This document shows, in pieces, positions 52,901 to 64,000 of a DNA stretch of 64,000 nt; within the stretch, counting starts at the first letter, position 1, and each line of letters opens with the position of its first letter. Below the pieces are notes generated by a model. The model worked only from the letters and a program-made list of their open reading frames with translations, was not told the DNA's origin and did not search any database. The translations under genes were made by a program, and so were the position numbers. This DNA is from Chrysomallon squamiferum (Eukaryota > Animalia > Mollusca), in contig CM022675.1 in the NCBI GenBank assembly GCA_012295275.1, forward strand, positions 6,014,001 through 6,078,000, written 5' to 3'.

Positions 52901-53190
52901 CTCTTTTTACAGCTATAAACTACAAACAGAAGAAAGTAGTTTTTTATTTACTGAAAAATGAAGCTGATCCTAATTTAAAAGACAAAGATAACAATTCTGT
53001 TTTACACATAGCAGCTAAACGTAGAGACATAGAAATTGTGAGAACACTTGTTGAGCAAGGTGTTGATGTAAATGCTGTTAATGCTTTGGGTAAAAATCCT
53101 CTGAGGATGGCTAGAGCTAGATATTGTAGAAAAATCGTTTCCTTTCTATTGACTCATGGAGCAACATATAAATTAACTGGTATGAAGTAG
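43935..53190 (+). CDS. Gene B: NLR-like protein, acidic region - RHIM-like motif - nSTAND3-like NTPase - long ankyrin array; join(43935..44043,45154..45270,45738..45770,45995..53190), 2484 aa
   Basis: All three introns are GT-AG and phase 1; 109+117+33+7196 = 7455 nt with no internal stop. Walker A GCPGSGKT, Walker B VVLIDDIFG; roughly 45-50 ankyrin repeats (estimate from length). The true start may lie in an upstream exon because there is an acceptor at 43929. Confidence 0.85.
44395..44949. mobile_element. Non-autonomous hAT-like DNA transposon (MITE), 555 bp, in a gene B intron
   Basis: Imperfect TIRs cagcgtttctc / gagaaacagtg; degenerate 8-bp TSD ctttaaaa / ctctaaac; subterminal ggaaccc motifs; empty site aatactctaaagtaatac is present in paralogous introns (e.g. 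9837). Confidence 0.75.
45154..45270 (+). CDS. Gene B exon with RHIM/cRHIM-like motif
   Basis: cttttta cag|AACTATC...GAAATTA|gtaagt; ELSRTQSVTERNVNIGTVQNYLALSHNKNVVLGNQFVEI. Confidence 0.75.
45738..45770 (+). CDS. Gene B 33-nt micro-exon (TKTDGRTSNIK)
   Basis: tttcag|CAAAG...TTAAAG|gtaatt; conserved with 17326-17358. Confidence 0.7.
45995..53190 (+). CDS. Gene B terminal 7.2-kb exon: nSTAND3-like NTPase + ankyrin repeats
   Basis: Contains ORF 46075..53190 (2371 aa); acceptor ataatacag| at 45994 is in frame. Confidence 0.95.
49140..50090 (+). repeat. Near-identical 198-bp (two-ankyrin, 66-aa) tandem repeats, ~4.7 copies, within gene B
   Basis: catggagctgatcct recurs at 49162, 49360, 49558, 49756, 49954; a second young block lies at ~52400-53040. 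Confidence 0.95.
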
Positions 53191-54399
53191 ACTTTATTAC
53201 AAATATTTACTACGTGATAGATAAAAATAGAATTTGACTGGTCACATTTTATAAGTAAAAAATCTTACAGCTTAATTACAGCCTCCTCTAAATAAATATA
53301 GAAAACAGTTTGTACCTGTTTTTTTTCTGAACACTGAGTTTAGTTACTTCTTACCTTTGATTTTATTCTCAATTTTCATTTAGTCTGACAGTCGGTACTC
53401 TTTTAAATTTAAATTTGAAAAAAAAAAAAAATTATAATACAACATACCCGACAGTTCTATTATAGCTTTGTAAACATTTAAAACAGAAGTGTTTGTACAG
53501 TGTGAAGGGAAAAGTTTTGTATCAAAACATTTGAATCCTGAAAGTCAACCGTCAATGTAAGAGTGATGTCATCGTCATGATCACTGGCCTTGTCAGTCAT
53601 ACTATGATTGTCTGAATCATTATAAATTAAAATTCTATCTGTGTGATTACTTTCATCAGATTCGGAGACAGACTATTCACTTTGACTTTGTCCCATGTGT
53701 ATTATGAAACAAGTTCTTGTACGTCAGGACTTCAGGCAGCAGTATGTTGGGAATATCCTAAATGGAAGTCAGGAGAATATTATAATTTAAAAGAAAAGCT
53801 TTTCTTCGTCTGATTCAGTTATAGCATGTTGACTGGTGTATGAGAGTACGAGCTAAGATTTCTGGTATTTTGTTGATAGCATCCAATTCCAAAACAACCG
53901 CAAATAATATCCTTGAATAAGACGTCCAGTAAGTAATTTTGTATTTCATTTTCAGTTGCAAAATTATTTATAATTGTTTATAATTAAAAAATAGCAAACT
54001 AGATTTTTATTTATTTATTCATATAGCCATTTTAAAAAAATATCTCTTAGAAAGCAAGCAAAGTCAGCTCAAATACATTTGCTTTGGAACCCTCTCCTTC
54101 TAACAATCATTATTTATTAAATAATGTTTGGGAATTGCATGCTACTATTAAACTACCAGAATGCTTAGCTCATAGTCTCATAAACCAGTCAACATCCTGG
54201 ATGTTTCACAGCATGACCTACAAAGTATCAAAAAGACATTTTGTTTATTTGTTTTTAATCATTTATATTGGTTGATCATAACATCACTGTTAATATGACT
54301 GTAACTTCTAAAAATCATACAGAAGAACTGTACTGCTTTCTGATGATACCAGCATGACGGTGACATCCCAAGTGGAAGTGGGAAGAATATTGTAACAAA

Positions 54400-55234
54400 C
54401 AGGGTTCGTACGCGTTTTGGAAAATCTTGGAAAAGTTTGGAAATTCACACAATGTTTTCCAGGATTTTAAAAGTTTTGGAAAATCAGGTTTTGTTACGTT
54501 GGCTACGGAAAAGTTATGGAAAAGTTATGGAAAATGTCTTTGTCGTAAATAAAATGTATGGACAATTTGCTTCTTTCACCAGTATTCAAGACAATGAGTT
54601 CTGGTTCAATTTATTGTTCCCATATTCAGTAATCATGTGAACAAACAATGTATGCGTAGACAAAGCAGTCTGTAAAACCACTACACATAACTAAGATGCA
54701 CCCGTTATGCTGGAGGCAGGTATAGCTAAAAACAACTCTATTTCATTTTCGGTATTCCATTTTTTAAATCTGTTTAATTATGAACAATAGGTGACATTTG
54801 TTACAAATTTCTATTGCACTGGCAGAGTAGATGTATTGTGATAGAGGTAAATGGTCAGTGTAGTTGATTACAATACTTTTGGTATAAACATGCACGCGGT
54901 GACGTGCCACATAATTAATGATTTGATGCAAGGACAATCAGCAATTCCAACCCTATCATCATAGTTATGTCCACTCCAAGAATAAAACTGCATTTTAAGA
55001 CACCAAAATACATTATATTAAGTTTGTATTATTATTACTAGTAATTCTAAATGAATACCATGCAGATTAGTCAAGGCAAAGGTTTTAAGTCTGACAAATA
55101 TATTCATACACTGCAAAAAGCATTTTGTTTTGATTTAGTTTACTTGGAAATGTTCTCTAAACTTGGATTTCTGGGCTATGGAAAGTTTTGGACAAGTTAA
55201 GGAAATTTTGACAGCCCAAGATACACGAACCCTG
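54400..55234. mobile_element. Non-autonomous DNA transposon (hAT-like MITE), 835 bp
   Basis: TIRs cagggttcgt / acgaaccctg; multiple subterminal tggaaaa repeats; absent from the paralogous site near 28010-28080; TSD not clear. Confidence 0.7.
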
Positions 55235-58200
55235 GACTAAATATTTGCTTCAAATAACTAATGATGACTGTTAGTAGGAGAGGATTATTAATTGCAGGTT
55301 TTGGGCAATTTATGTTATAGATACATTAACAAGACTCAGAATAGGATAAAATAGTAGTAATATTCCTGTGCCTAATCACTACTTTTGTATTTTATGGGAA
55401 TTGATTCAGTTTGCCATCTCGAGTCACATTTGACTGAATTCTCATTTTGAGATAGATGACATCCCGAAATAAATAGTCAAACAGTTTTCTTTGAAATATA
55501 GGTGTGGATAATCAAGAACATAATTGTTGTTGTCAAGGAAACTAATATATTTTTGTAATGTTTGACGCATGAAGATTATCTTAATTTTTTACTTCATTCT
55601 GAAAGATAGATTTGTGAAATATTTATAATTTGAACTGTTTCATTTGGATTCATTTTTTATGTAATGTTGTTTTAGGACAGTTATGTCTTAAAAATATGTA
55701 CATTCTTATCTGAATGGCTTGAAATATGTTTTTATACTTGATTATCAATATAAAAAAAAGAGATACTAATTAATATACATATCAGCTCAAATATCAAATA
55801 TCTAATTGCTTATTACTTTTTTATTTTTAATTTGTATTTTTCTCAGTGTATTTACTGAGAATGTACTTCGAAATTGAAGACCTGTATATGTAGGGAAAAA
55901 AATAAAAAATTCTTAATAACCCTAATGCAAATTTATATTTGTTTCATTATTATTGTTATTATTACATTTTTTTGTATTTTGTATTTTTTATTTTTATACG
56001 ATATGGTATAGTCTTATTAATTACTTAGATTTTATTTTGCTTATATGTTTAAAATATATCTATCTCTGTTATTACTACTACTTTCTTGTTTTGTGATCTA
56101 ACTAATCCAGATATGATTCCAGTGTATTTTCCTTGAATATATTTTCCTTTTTATGTGTAGTAACTGTTTTGTCTTTGTCAAAATATTTCAGATCATAACA
56201 GATTAAATTTGCATATTTCCTGATGTTTTATCATATTCCAGTGTTAAACTGCATTTTTCCATTATAAAACTTATGTATCTAATGATGTAGATATGAATAT
56301 ATTGTTTAGTTAACTAAACAGTGAAGTGTACAATTTTTGTTTGAAGCAGGTACGGATAATAATTACTATAATTGTTGCTGTTAAGGAAACTAATTTTTCT
56401 TTGTGATTTCTGATGTATGGAGTTTACTTTAATTTACTATTTTATATAGATTTTTATACTTGGTTATCAACAAAATAAGCATATTTAATACACAAGTCAA
56501 CAAAATGTCATTATGTTTTTTGTTTCTGTTTAAAAAAACTTGTTTATCTTTTGTTATTGGTATCACTACTACTACTACTACTACTTTGTTGTTTTATTAT
56601 ATATTTGATCAGGTGTAGTTCCATTATATTTTCCTTGAATATTTTCTGGTATTTGTATTTTTTATGTCCAGTTCTTGTTTTCACTCTGTTAAAATACATC
56701 AAGTGGTGACATTTTAAATTTGCAACTTTCTTGATGTTTCATCACATATCAATCTTAGAATTTTTAAATTAAAATTAAACTGCACATTTCCATTATAATA
56801 CTGGTGTATCTTATTGATTTTGATACAAATATTTTGTTTAGTTATCTTCAACATCTGTTTATTATTATTATTATTACCTTGGTGCCTTTTTCTATGATAT
56901 TTGTTTATGTATTTAATATAGTTCTATAGCCTTATTTTGCTTCTAATACTAATTTAAAATTCATTTAGTTACTGTTTAAATTGTTGATTTAAGTAATTAT
57001 TTCAAATTTACCAAAACAGTAAATGTGAATGTCTGAAACAGTTGTCTAGATTTTCAAGATGATTAATGATTGATATATAGAAAGTAAGAAGCTATTACTA
57101 ACACTAAATTGTTATTTTGTTTCATGTTTATTATAAATGTTTTTTCATTTAAGAAATGAGAATTAATAATTTAGCACTCACACTCACGAAAGTAAGTAAA
57201 TAAAAACTGATTTATACAATCACGAATGAGAAAATATTACAAAGTCTATTTCGTATACCTCTGCCATAAACTGAAAACTAAACTAATAGCATTTTTAGTT
57301 GTTTTATTACAACATTAATAATTGATTCAGTCAAGGAATCACAACTTAATTTTTTTGATTGAGAGAAACTATTATTATTATTATTATTATTACTATTATT
57401 ATTATTATTATTATTACTATTACGATTATTACTACGATGATTTATTTATTTATTTATTTATTTGTTACTTAATTATACAATTAATGTTTAGTGTTATTGA
57501 ATTATCTATTTTTACCAATTCAATTTCTTTTCATTTATGGCATCCATGTAATGTTAAGTACACAATTATATGAAATACTATGAACAACTCTATAGTAACT
57601 GACACACACAGAGAACCCACACACACACATGCATACACACGCACATACACACATTTATATTCATTAGATGCCTATCTGGGGGAATACATTATATAGACAG
57701 ACAGATACATACACACATAGAAATATATAAAATACAGAAGTGTATATAAGTACTTGCATAGAAAATCGAATTGTGTAAATTTGCCAAGTCAGAGAATTAA
57801 TACAAATTATGTAGATTTCATAATTACCATTACCGTGTTCCTATACATTTTTAAGGTGTCGGTGTTAAATTAACCTTGTAACACTATTAAAAATTAAATA
57901 CAATAAATATTTTAATCTGAGTCTTCATGTATTTAGTTTTTTCTTATTAGCATAGTTTTACTTAATAGTCTGTACTTTACACATTATAAACAAATGGAAT
58001 AAAAATGTTATAGATTTAAAACATTTGACTTTCCAAGCAGCACCCAATAACTGACATAAAACAAACCATACTGCAAGTGTCTTGTAGAAGATGCCTTTCT
58101 GCTAAGATCAAAATTTTCTCTTGAACTTTATCATAACATATTTAGGTTTGTAAATATTTGAATGGCTGTGTGTGAATTCAAGTGGAGTGTTAACTGCTGT

Positions 58201-59812
58201 TTCCATTTGTCTCTATTGCTCTGAAGCAATCAGTTTGTAGAGTTTTCTGACTAGTTAAACATTTTTCTTTTGCATCTAGCGAGTTCCATAGTTGAGTTAT
58301 GTAATCAGATCGTAGGCTGATCATTACCATGCATCTTGCTCTAAATGCATAAAACAAAGTAAACACAGTAGAAATTAAAAATTAAGAAATAACATCAAGA
58401 AAAATAAGAAACAAAGAATAAGAAAAACAACAAAACTCCATCTGCTTAACAGCTATCAGTTAAAATGACCTTTTTAAAGGACTTTAAACAAATTAATTCT
58501 CAGAAAACAAACAGCTGTTACATGGTATATATAATTTATTAAATATAAAGTATAACTTCACTGAACGCACCATTCTTGAATATATTAGAACACAACATCT
58601 AAAATGCTACTGCACTTTTCTGAATAATTTCGAGAAGAAAAAAGTTCATGTCGAACATGAGACTTTTTTTAATTCTTAAAACACAATTTCAGCCATATAC
58701 ACACAGAATAATGACAACAAAAACAAATATAAATATACACTTGTAACAATATATGGACACAAATAAAAATAAACACACACATGCCTCAACAAGCGTCTTT
58801 CTCATAATCATACATAAAATGTTAAAACGTAATAAAAAAGTTAGGTGAGATGTTTGTACATTCATCTTTCACTTGAAGACAAAAGAAACTCTGGAATTAT
58901 GCTCACTTTACATTAAACTATTCAGACAGATATAATCAAATATAAACAAATAATGATAAATTGAAACAGAGGAACAATTCTTCGTAAAAAAATAACTGGA
59001 AAGATAATCAAAATGCTTGATGTTTTAAAAATGCTATAAAATATTGATAAAAGTTCAACTTCTATTCATATTTTCATTAATACTGTGTACGATATTAAAA
59101 TAATTTCATAAGTTGAAATATAGATTTTGAGAATAAAAACAAACACCCACCATTATTATTACTCAAAAACATTTATAAAAAGCACCATTAATTCATACGT
59201 TCAAAATGAACATACATATAAAATAGAATATTCTAACAAACATATTTATATGGTTTTAAAATAAGAACTTTTATACTACAGTATTTTAGTAAATTTGTAA
59301 TATTCCTTCTTTTTCCGCATCCTTCATAATTTGCTGTGTTTTTCTCTCCCACTCATTCTTTCTATTCAAAATCTAGCGTACAGAAACATACTGTATAATC
59401 GTAAGTAGAACTTATACATAAACCACATTTAGAAAAACTGCAAAGTCAAGCATTTTATTTTATGCAAAATAAATAATGAAAACACTGCAGAAATATATTG
59501 GCACATACTGGATTAACACACACAGACACACACAGACACATGTAATTATTCATTCTTTAATAATTTTGAAATAATAAAATTTATCTTACCTTTTATTTTG
59601 TGCATGCCATCAACTCAGTAATAATACTGGCGGAAATGGCCTTTCCGACCTTACATAATATTGTGCAACAGGAAAACTTCCTTTTCTTCTTTTATTGAGT
59701 CGGCCTAAGAGGAGACAACACCTTCAGGTTTCATTAAAAGTGGAGTTGTCGCCCTGGATGAGTTATCTGCCCGTAGCTCAGCCTGATATGGTAAATATTA
59801 AAAATAATGAAG

Positions 59813-60390
59813 CTGTGCAGAGATAAGTTTGACCTTTGCTGTTTTTAATATTTACTGTAATACTATTTTCTATCAATGGTCTCACAAAATTCTGTTTCCA
59901 TATTTAATTGCAACATGTAAAACAGAATTGGTATGATTGTCTGTTAAATTAGAATCAGCTTCATGTTCCACTAAAAGCCAAACTATTTTCGAACATTCCC
60001 TAGGAATAAATATATGATCATTTAAAGCTCTATGAAAAGCATTTTCACCATCTCTGTTTTTAAGATTTATATCCACACCTTTTTCAATCAGTTTTCTCAC
60101 AATTTCTAGGTTTTCTTTGTTAGCTGCTAACTGTAAAGTACCTTTTTCAGTCAGTATTCTCACAATTTCTGTATTTCCACATTTTACTGCTTTGTATAAA
60201 AGACGATTGTTATCACTGTCTGTTAAAATACCACAAGCTCCGTGTTCCAGTAAATGCAAAACTACTTGGTCGTGTTTGTACTTCACAACTATAATAAGAG
60301 GGGTTTCACCTCTATTGTTTATAATATTTACATCTATACCTTTAATAATCAGAGCTGTGACAATTTCTACATTTCCACGTTTATTTCCAT
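59813..60390 (-). pseudogene. Second inverted ankyrin fragment (paralogue of 32036-32870)
   Basis: Minus-strand ORF 59882..60286, nearly identical at its start to ORF 32246..32446. Confidence 0.85.
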
Positions 60391-60589
60391 AAAATCTGAC
60401 TGACCTGTCAGCTTTTTAGTATGTCAAGAGCTGAGAATCATTGTGTTCAGCCCTGAAGTCCATGGCAACAACCTGATTTTTTTTTTTTTTTTTTCGTTGT
60501 TGGGTTTTTTTTTTTTTATTATTGTATTAACCTTTTGAAACTCTGAGTGCTGGAATGGTCAAGATACTATAATACTGAAATATGATGAT

Positions 60590-63500
60590 TAACAATAAAC
60601 ATCACCAGTTAAAAATATCATTGTTAAAAAAAGAAATTAATGAAAGACAGTTTCCATGGTTTCTTAAAGAAATTGTCTTTCATTACAGCCTCTATACTTT
60701 CACACAAACTCTGTACATTTCATGATAATGTTCACATTCAAAATGTGTGTAACATTAACTGCTATTTAAACAGCACAGATAGAATGACACAATATACTCA
60801 TTTGTAAGCAAAACAAACATCAATCAGTGGTCTTTATGATTTAACTACAAAAGTTATTTGAAGTCTGTCTGCAGTTACACGTTATGTATAGATACTATGA
60901 AAAAATAGACGGTGCAGCCAGGCATATTTCATTCTACTTAATCACTGGCCTGTTGTTCTGTATTTACCAAGGAGAAAAATAGCTTAAACATTCACGCAGT
61001 TGGAGTATCCAAAGACTAATTTCGGTGAAATCAGTAGTCTGGGACTATATAGGAAAAAGCAGAAAACAATGTGTTAAAAAAGAAGTTCCCAGTGTCTTAA
61101 AAACAACAGTTATCTGTATTTTGATACATAAGGCAATAAGTGGAAACTTTATAACACCATGTGGTGATATATGACACTGTTTTCAATTGCCCGATGATAT
61201 TTTTTACTAGCCGTTAGTGATCGATTAAAAACATAAAATACACATCTGAGTGTGTGTGTTTGTGTGTGTGTGTGTGTGTGTCATGAGGAAAGATTATCTT
61301 TACTATTATTTGGACGAAAGAACTGTACTTGTGATTTTTCTCAACAGTTGAGACTGTACCTTGATGTTTTATGTCATGTATAGTGTTTTCTAAACATATA
61401 AAACTTATAAATAATTAGTTGCTCCAAAATCTAAAAGTCACTTTTCAAATTCTCAGTCCTGTTATTTCTTTTCATTTTAAATTTGTAATTTGTTTTCTTA
61501 AATTATTTTGAAAAGTGTTTGTACATATACTGAGATAAGGCTCTCTTTTCATAAAGGAGCTTCAATTTCCTACAAATATAGTAACACCACAAAGTCTGTT
61601 TCAACATTTCAAACTTCAAAGTTGATAGTCTTTTTTTGTTTGTTTGTTTTGTTTCATGGTTTTTTTCTTAAGTTTACTGTGTCATTTTAAGCTGGTTTCC
61701 TGTCGGGATAATCTTGAATTTAGGGGTTAAAAAAAATATAAACACACACACACGCACGCACGCACACACACAGACACCTATTTGCATGTGCATGTCTGTG
61801 TGTGTGTGTGCGCGCGCGCGTGTGTGCTTATTTAAAATAATCCAAAATCACAACATAAAAACCAGAACATATATTAAAAATTGTAACTTTTTATTTTTTA
61901 ATGTTATTATGTTGTTGTTTTTTCGTCCATTTTTTTCATAAATATATTCATAGAAATGAGTGTAATATTAAAAATGTATCAGTATCAAAACTAATATTTT
62001 ACAGTTCAGGCAACATGGATGATGAAAAAGAGGAATCGGACAACACTACAACTTCATTTACTTCTGACTCAGATGATGAACAGAAGGATTCAGACAACAG
62101 CATAGCTGCAACTACTTCTGACTTGGATACTGCACAGCCACAAGTGTCAAGTATAACATCTTCTGAAGATAATTAATAAGACAGTACTTCTCTACAATGT
62201 AGTTTACCAGTTTGATGGGCAGTTCTAAAAGGACAAGATTATTATTCAAATACGTAACAATGCATATTTTCAATCTATTGCTTAGTGTGAAATTTATTTT
62301 TTATTTCTGTTGATTTTACTTTCACTTTATAGTGTATACTGACAATTTTAAAGTGATGACACTATTGGAGGAAATAAAAAATTAAGTTTGGTTTGTACAC
62401 ACACAGTTCTCTGACTGATATGATAATAGATTAACAATTTATGGAGTTTTATGTCCTGTTTGTTGGACACATGAAAACTGTAAAGCAAAACACAGACTAA
62501 TTACCGTTTGATAACAATCATAACAACTATAATTATTCTTGGATTTACTATGTTTATTTTAATACTGTAAAGTTGCACTTATTTCTTAGCATCTACACAA
62601 TTAATCAGTTAACAAACAATATTAAACTTGTTTTTTTAATATAGTTATATTTAATAATAACCGATTTTATTAATACTGTATGTTGCCATTGTTCTATATA
62701 TAGCTAAAAAAACATTTTTGGAAATTCATTTACCATTTTACAGTTCCCACAAGAAAACAGTTAGTGACAAAACCAAATATCAGCACAGTTCAGAATCAGC
62801 AGGTCTCATCTCATAAGAAGAATGTTGTGTTAGGAAAGAGAGTTAAAACTAGTAAGTTAAAAACTAAAAGTTGTCTTTTCTATCAGACTCTGCGATCTGA
62901 ACACATACCCAAGCACGCACACACACACACTCACACAAACACTCACACACACACGCACACACTCATTCATACACATTTCTCATTAACAGGTTATTAAATC
63001 AGCAAATATGGATGATGAAGAAAACGATTCAGATATCAATTCTAACACTACACTTCTTTTTTTTCTGACAACATCACAGTTATATCTACGTCAAACTCAG
63101 ATACTGCACACCATTTACAGACACAACTGTCAAGTATCACATCCTGTGAAGTTAATTAATAACACAGTAGTTCTCTACAATGTAGTCTACTATTTTGAAG
63201 AGGAGATCTAAACAGAAACAATTATTATTTATACCTGTAACAGTGCAGGTTTTCTTTCAATATGTCGTTCAGTGTCAGAGAATTCCACTCTGATAATGGA
63301 CCGAGTTATTAATTATTTCTGTTGATCTTACTTTCATTTTAAAATGTCTTCTGATAATTTTAAAGTGATAACACACTTATTTGATTCATACTGCGAATTA
63401 ATTAATAATTTATTGTTTTATGTCCCGTTTCTTTTAAACATGAAAACAGTAAAACAAAGCATATACTAATTACTGTTTTATTAACATAATAACCACTGTA

Positions 63501-64000
63501 ATTATTCTTGGATTTACTTTGTTTATTATATTAATCTAAAGTAATACTTATTTCTTAGACGGTAAGAACATTAAACATTTTTTTGAAAGATATAGCTATG
63601 TTCAGTAATAAAAGATTTTAATAATACTGTTTCCTGCCACTATTCTATATACAGATAAAATCATTTTTAAAAATTATGTTGCAAATAGTGGATTTAAATC
63701 ATTTTATTTACCGTTTTACAGATCCTGCAGGAACACGATCAGCGGTAGAACAAAATCTTAATCTCAGTACAGTTCAGAATTACCACAACCTATCTCATAA
63801 CAGGAATGTTGTGTTAGGAAATCAAATTGTGAACACTAGTAAGTTAAAAACTGAAAGTTTTCTCTTCTTTGTACGTTTGATAGATAATAGAACTACAAAG
63901 CCCAGTAATCATTAGTACTGTATTGTCAGACACAGTGACATGAACAACACACAGACACAAACTGATGTATTCATGTTCTTCGAAAACCAAGTAGCTTTTA
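60590..64000 (+). repeat. Duplicate of gene B upstream/5' region (~42690-45350), marking the start of paralogue C
   Basis: Shared blocks such as tttccatggtttcttaaagaaat (42751 vs 60651), atcagtagtctggga (43128 vs 61030), ttgcccgatgatatttt (43286 vs 61187). Confidence 0.85.
62010..63838 (+). CDS. Gene C, partial: X-like exons 62010-62168 and ~63003-63150 (donors mutated), Y exons 62744-62851 and 63722-63838 (RHIM-like)
   Basis: Y exons have intact cag|...|gtaagt and open phase-1 frames (…SSHKKNVVLGKRVKT; DPAGTRSAVEQNLNLSTVQNYHNLSHNRNVVLGNQIVNT). The NTPase exon is expected beyond the window. Confidence 0.6.

Noticed and set aside
46075-53190. Endosymbiont or viral ankyrin effector, latrotoxin, or canonical ankyrin/TRPA gene
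   Set aside because: Spliceosomal exon structure and MITE-rich flanks indicate a nuclear gene. It has an N-terminal P-loop and no channel, ZU5/death or toxin domain that I can recognise, so no gene symbol is assigned.

Overview
AT-rich eukaryotic genomic DNA (GT-AG introns, CA/GA/ATT microsatellites, MITEs; invertebrate, plausibly mollusc, by inference only). The window is a tandem cluster of three + strand paralogues of an NLR-like gene. Each has small phase-1 N-terminal exons (an acidic Ser/Thr-rich exon and an exon with a RHIM/cRHIM-like motif). In copies A and B these are followed by a 33-nt micro-exon and one giant exon encoding an nSTAND3-like P-loop NTPase and a long ankyrin array. Copy B can be spliced by hand into an intact 2484-aa ORF: join(43935..44043,45154..45270,45738..45770,45995..53190). 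Copy A has its N-terminal exon pair amplified at least 11-fold (1-15.5 kb) and an intact NTPase, but its ankyrin region is frameshifted. Copy C begins near 62 kb and runs off the window. Every second ankyrin repeat can carry a hypervariable Cys/aromatic-rich insert at one fixed position. Between the genes lie inverted ankyrin fragments with a fold-back hairpin, a large interrupted inverted repeat, and a ~1.15-kb tandem array whose units look like promoter plus first exon. Best candidate for an undescribed system: a diversified animal STAND-ankyrin receptor family that may signal through an N-terminal amyloid (RHIM-like) motif. All exon models are manual predictions with no expression or database evidence.
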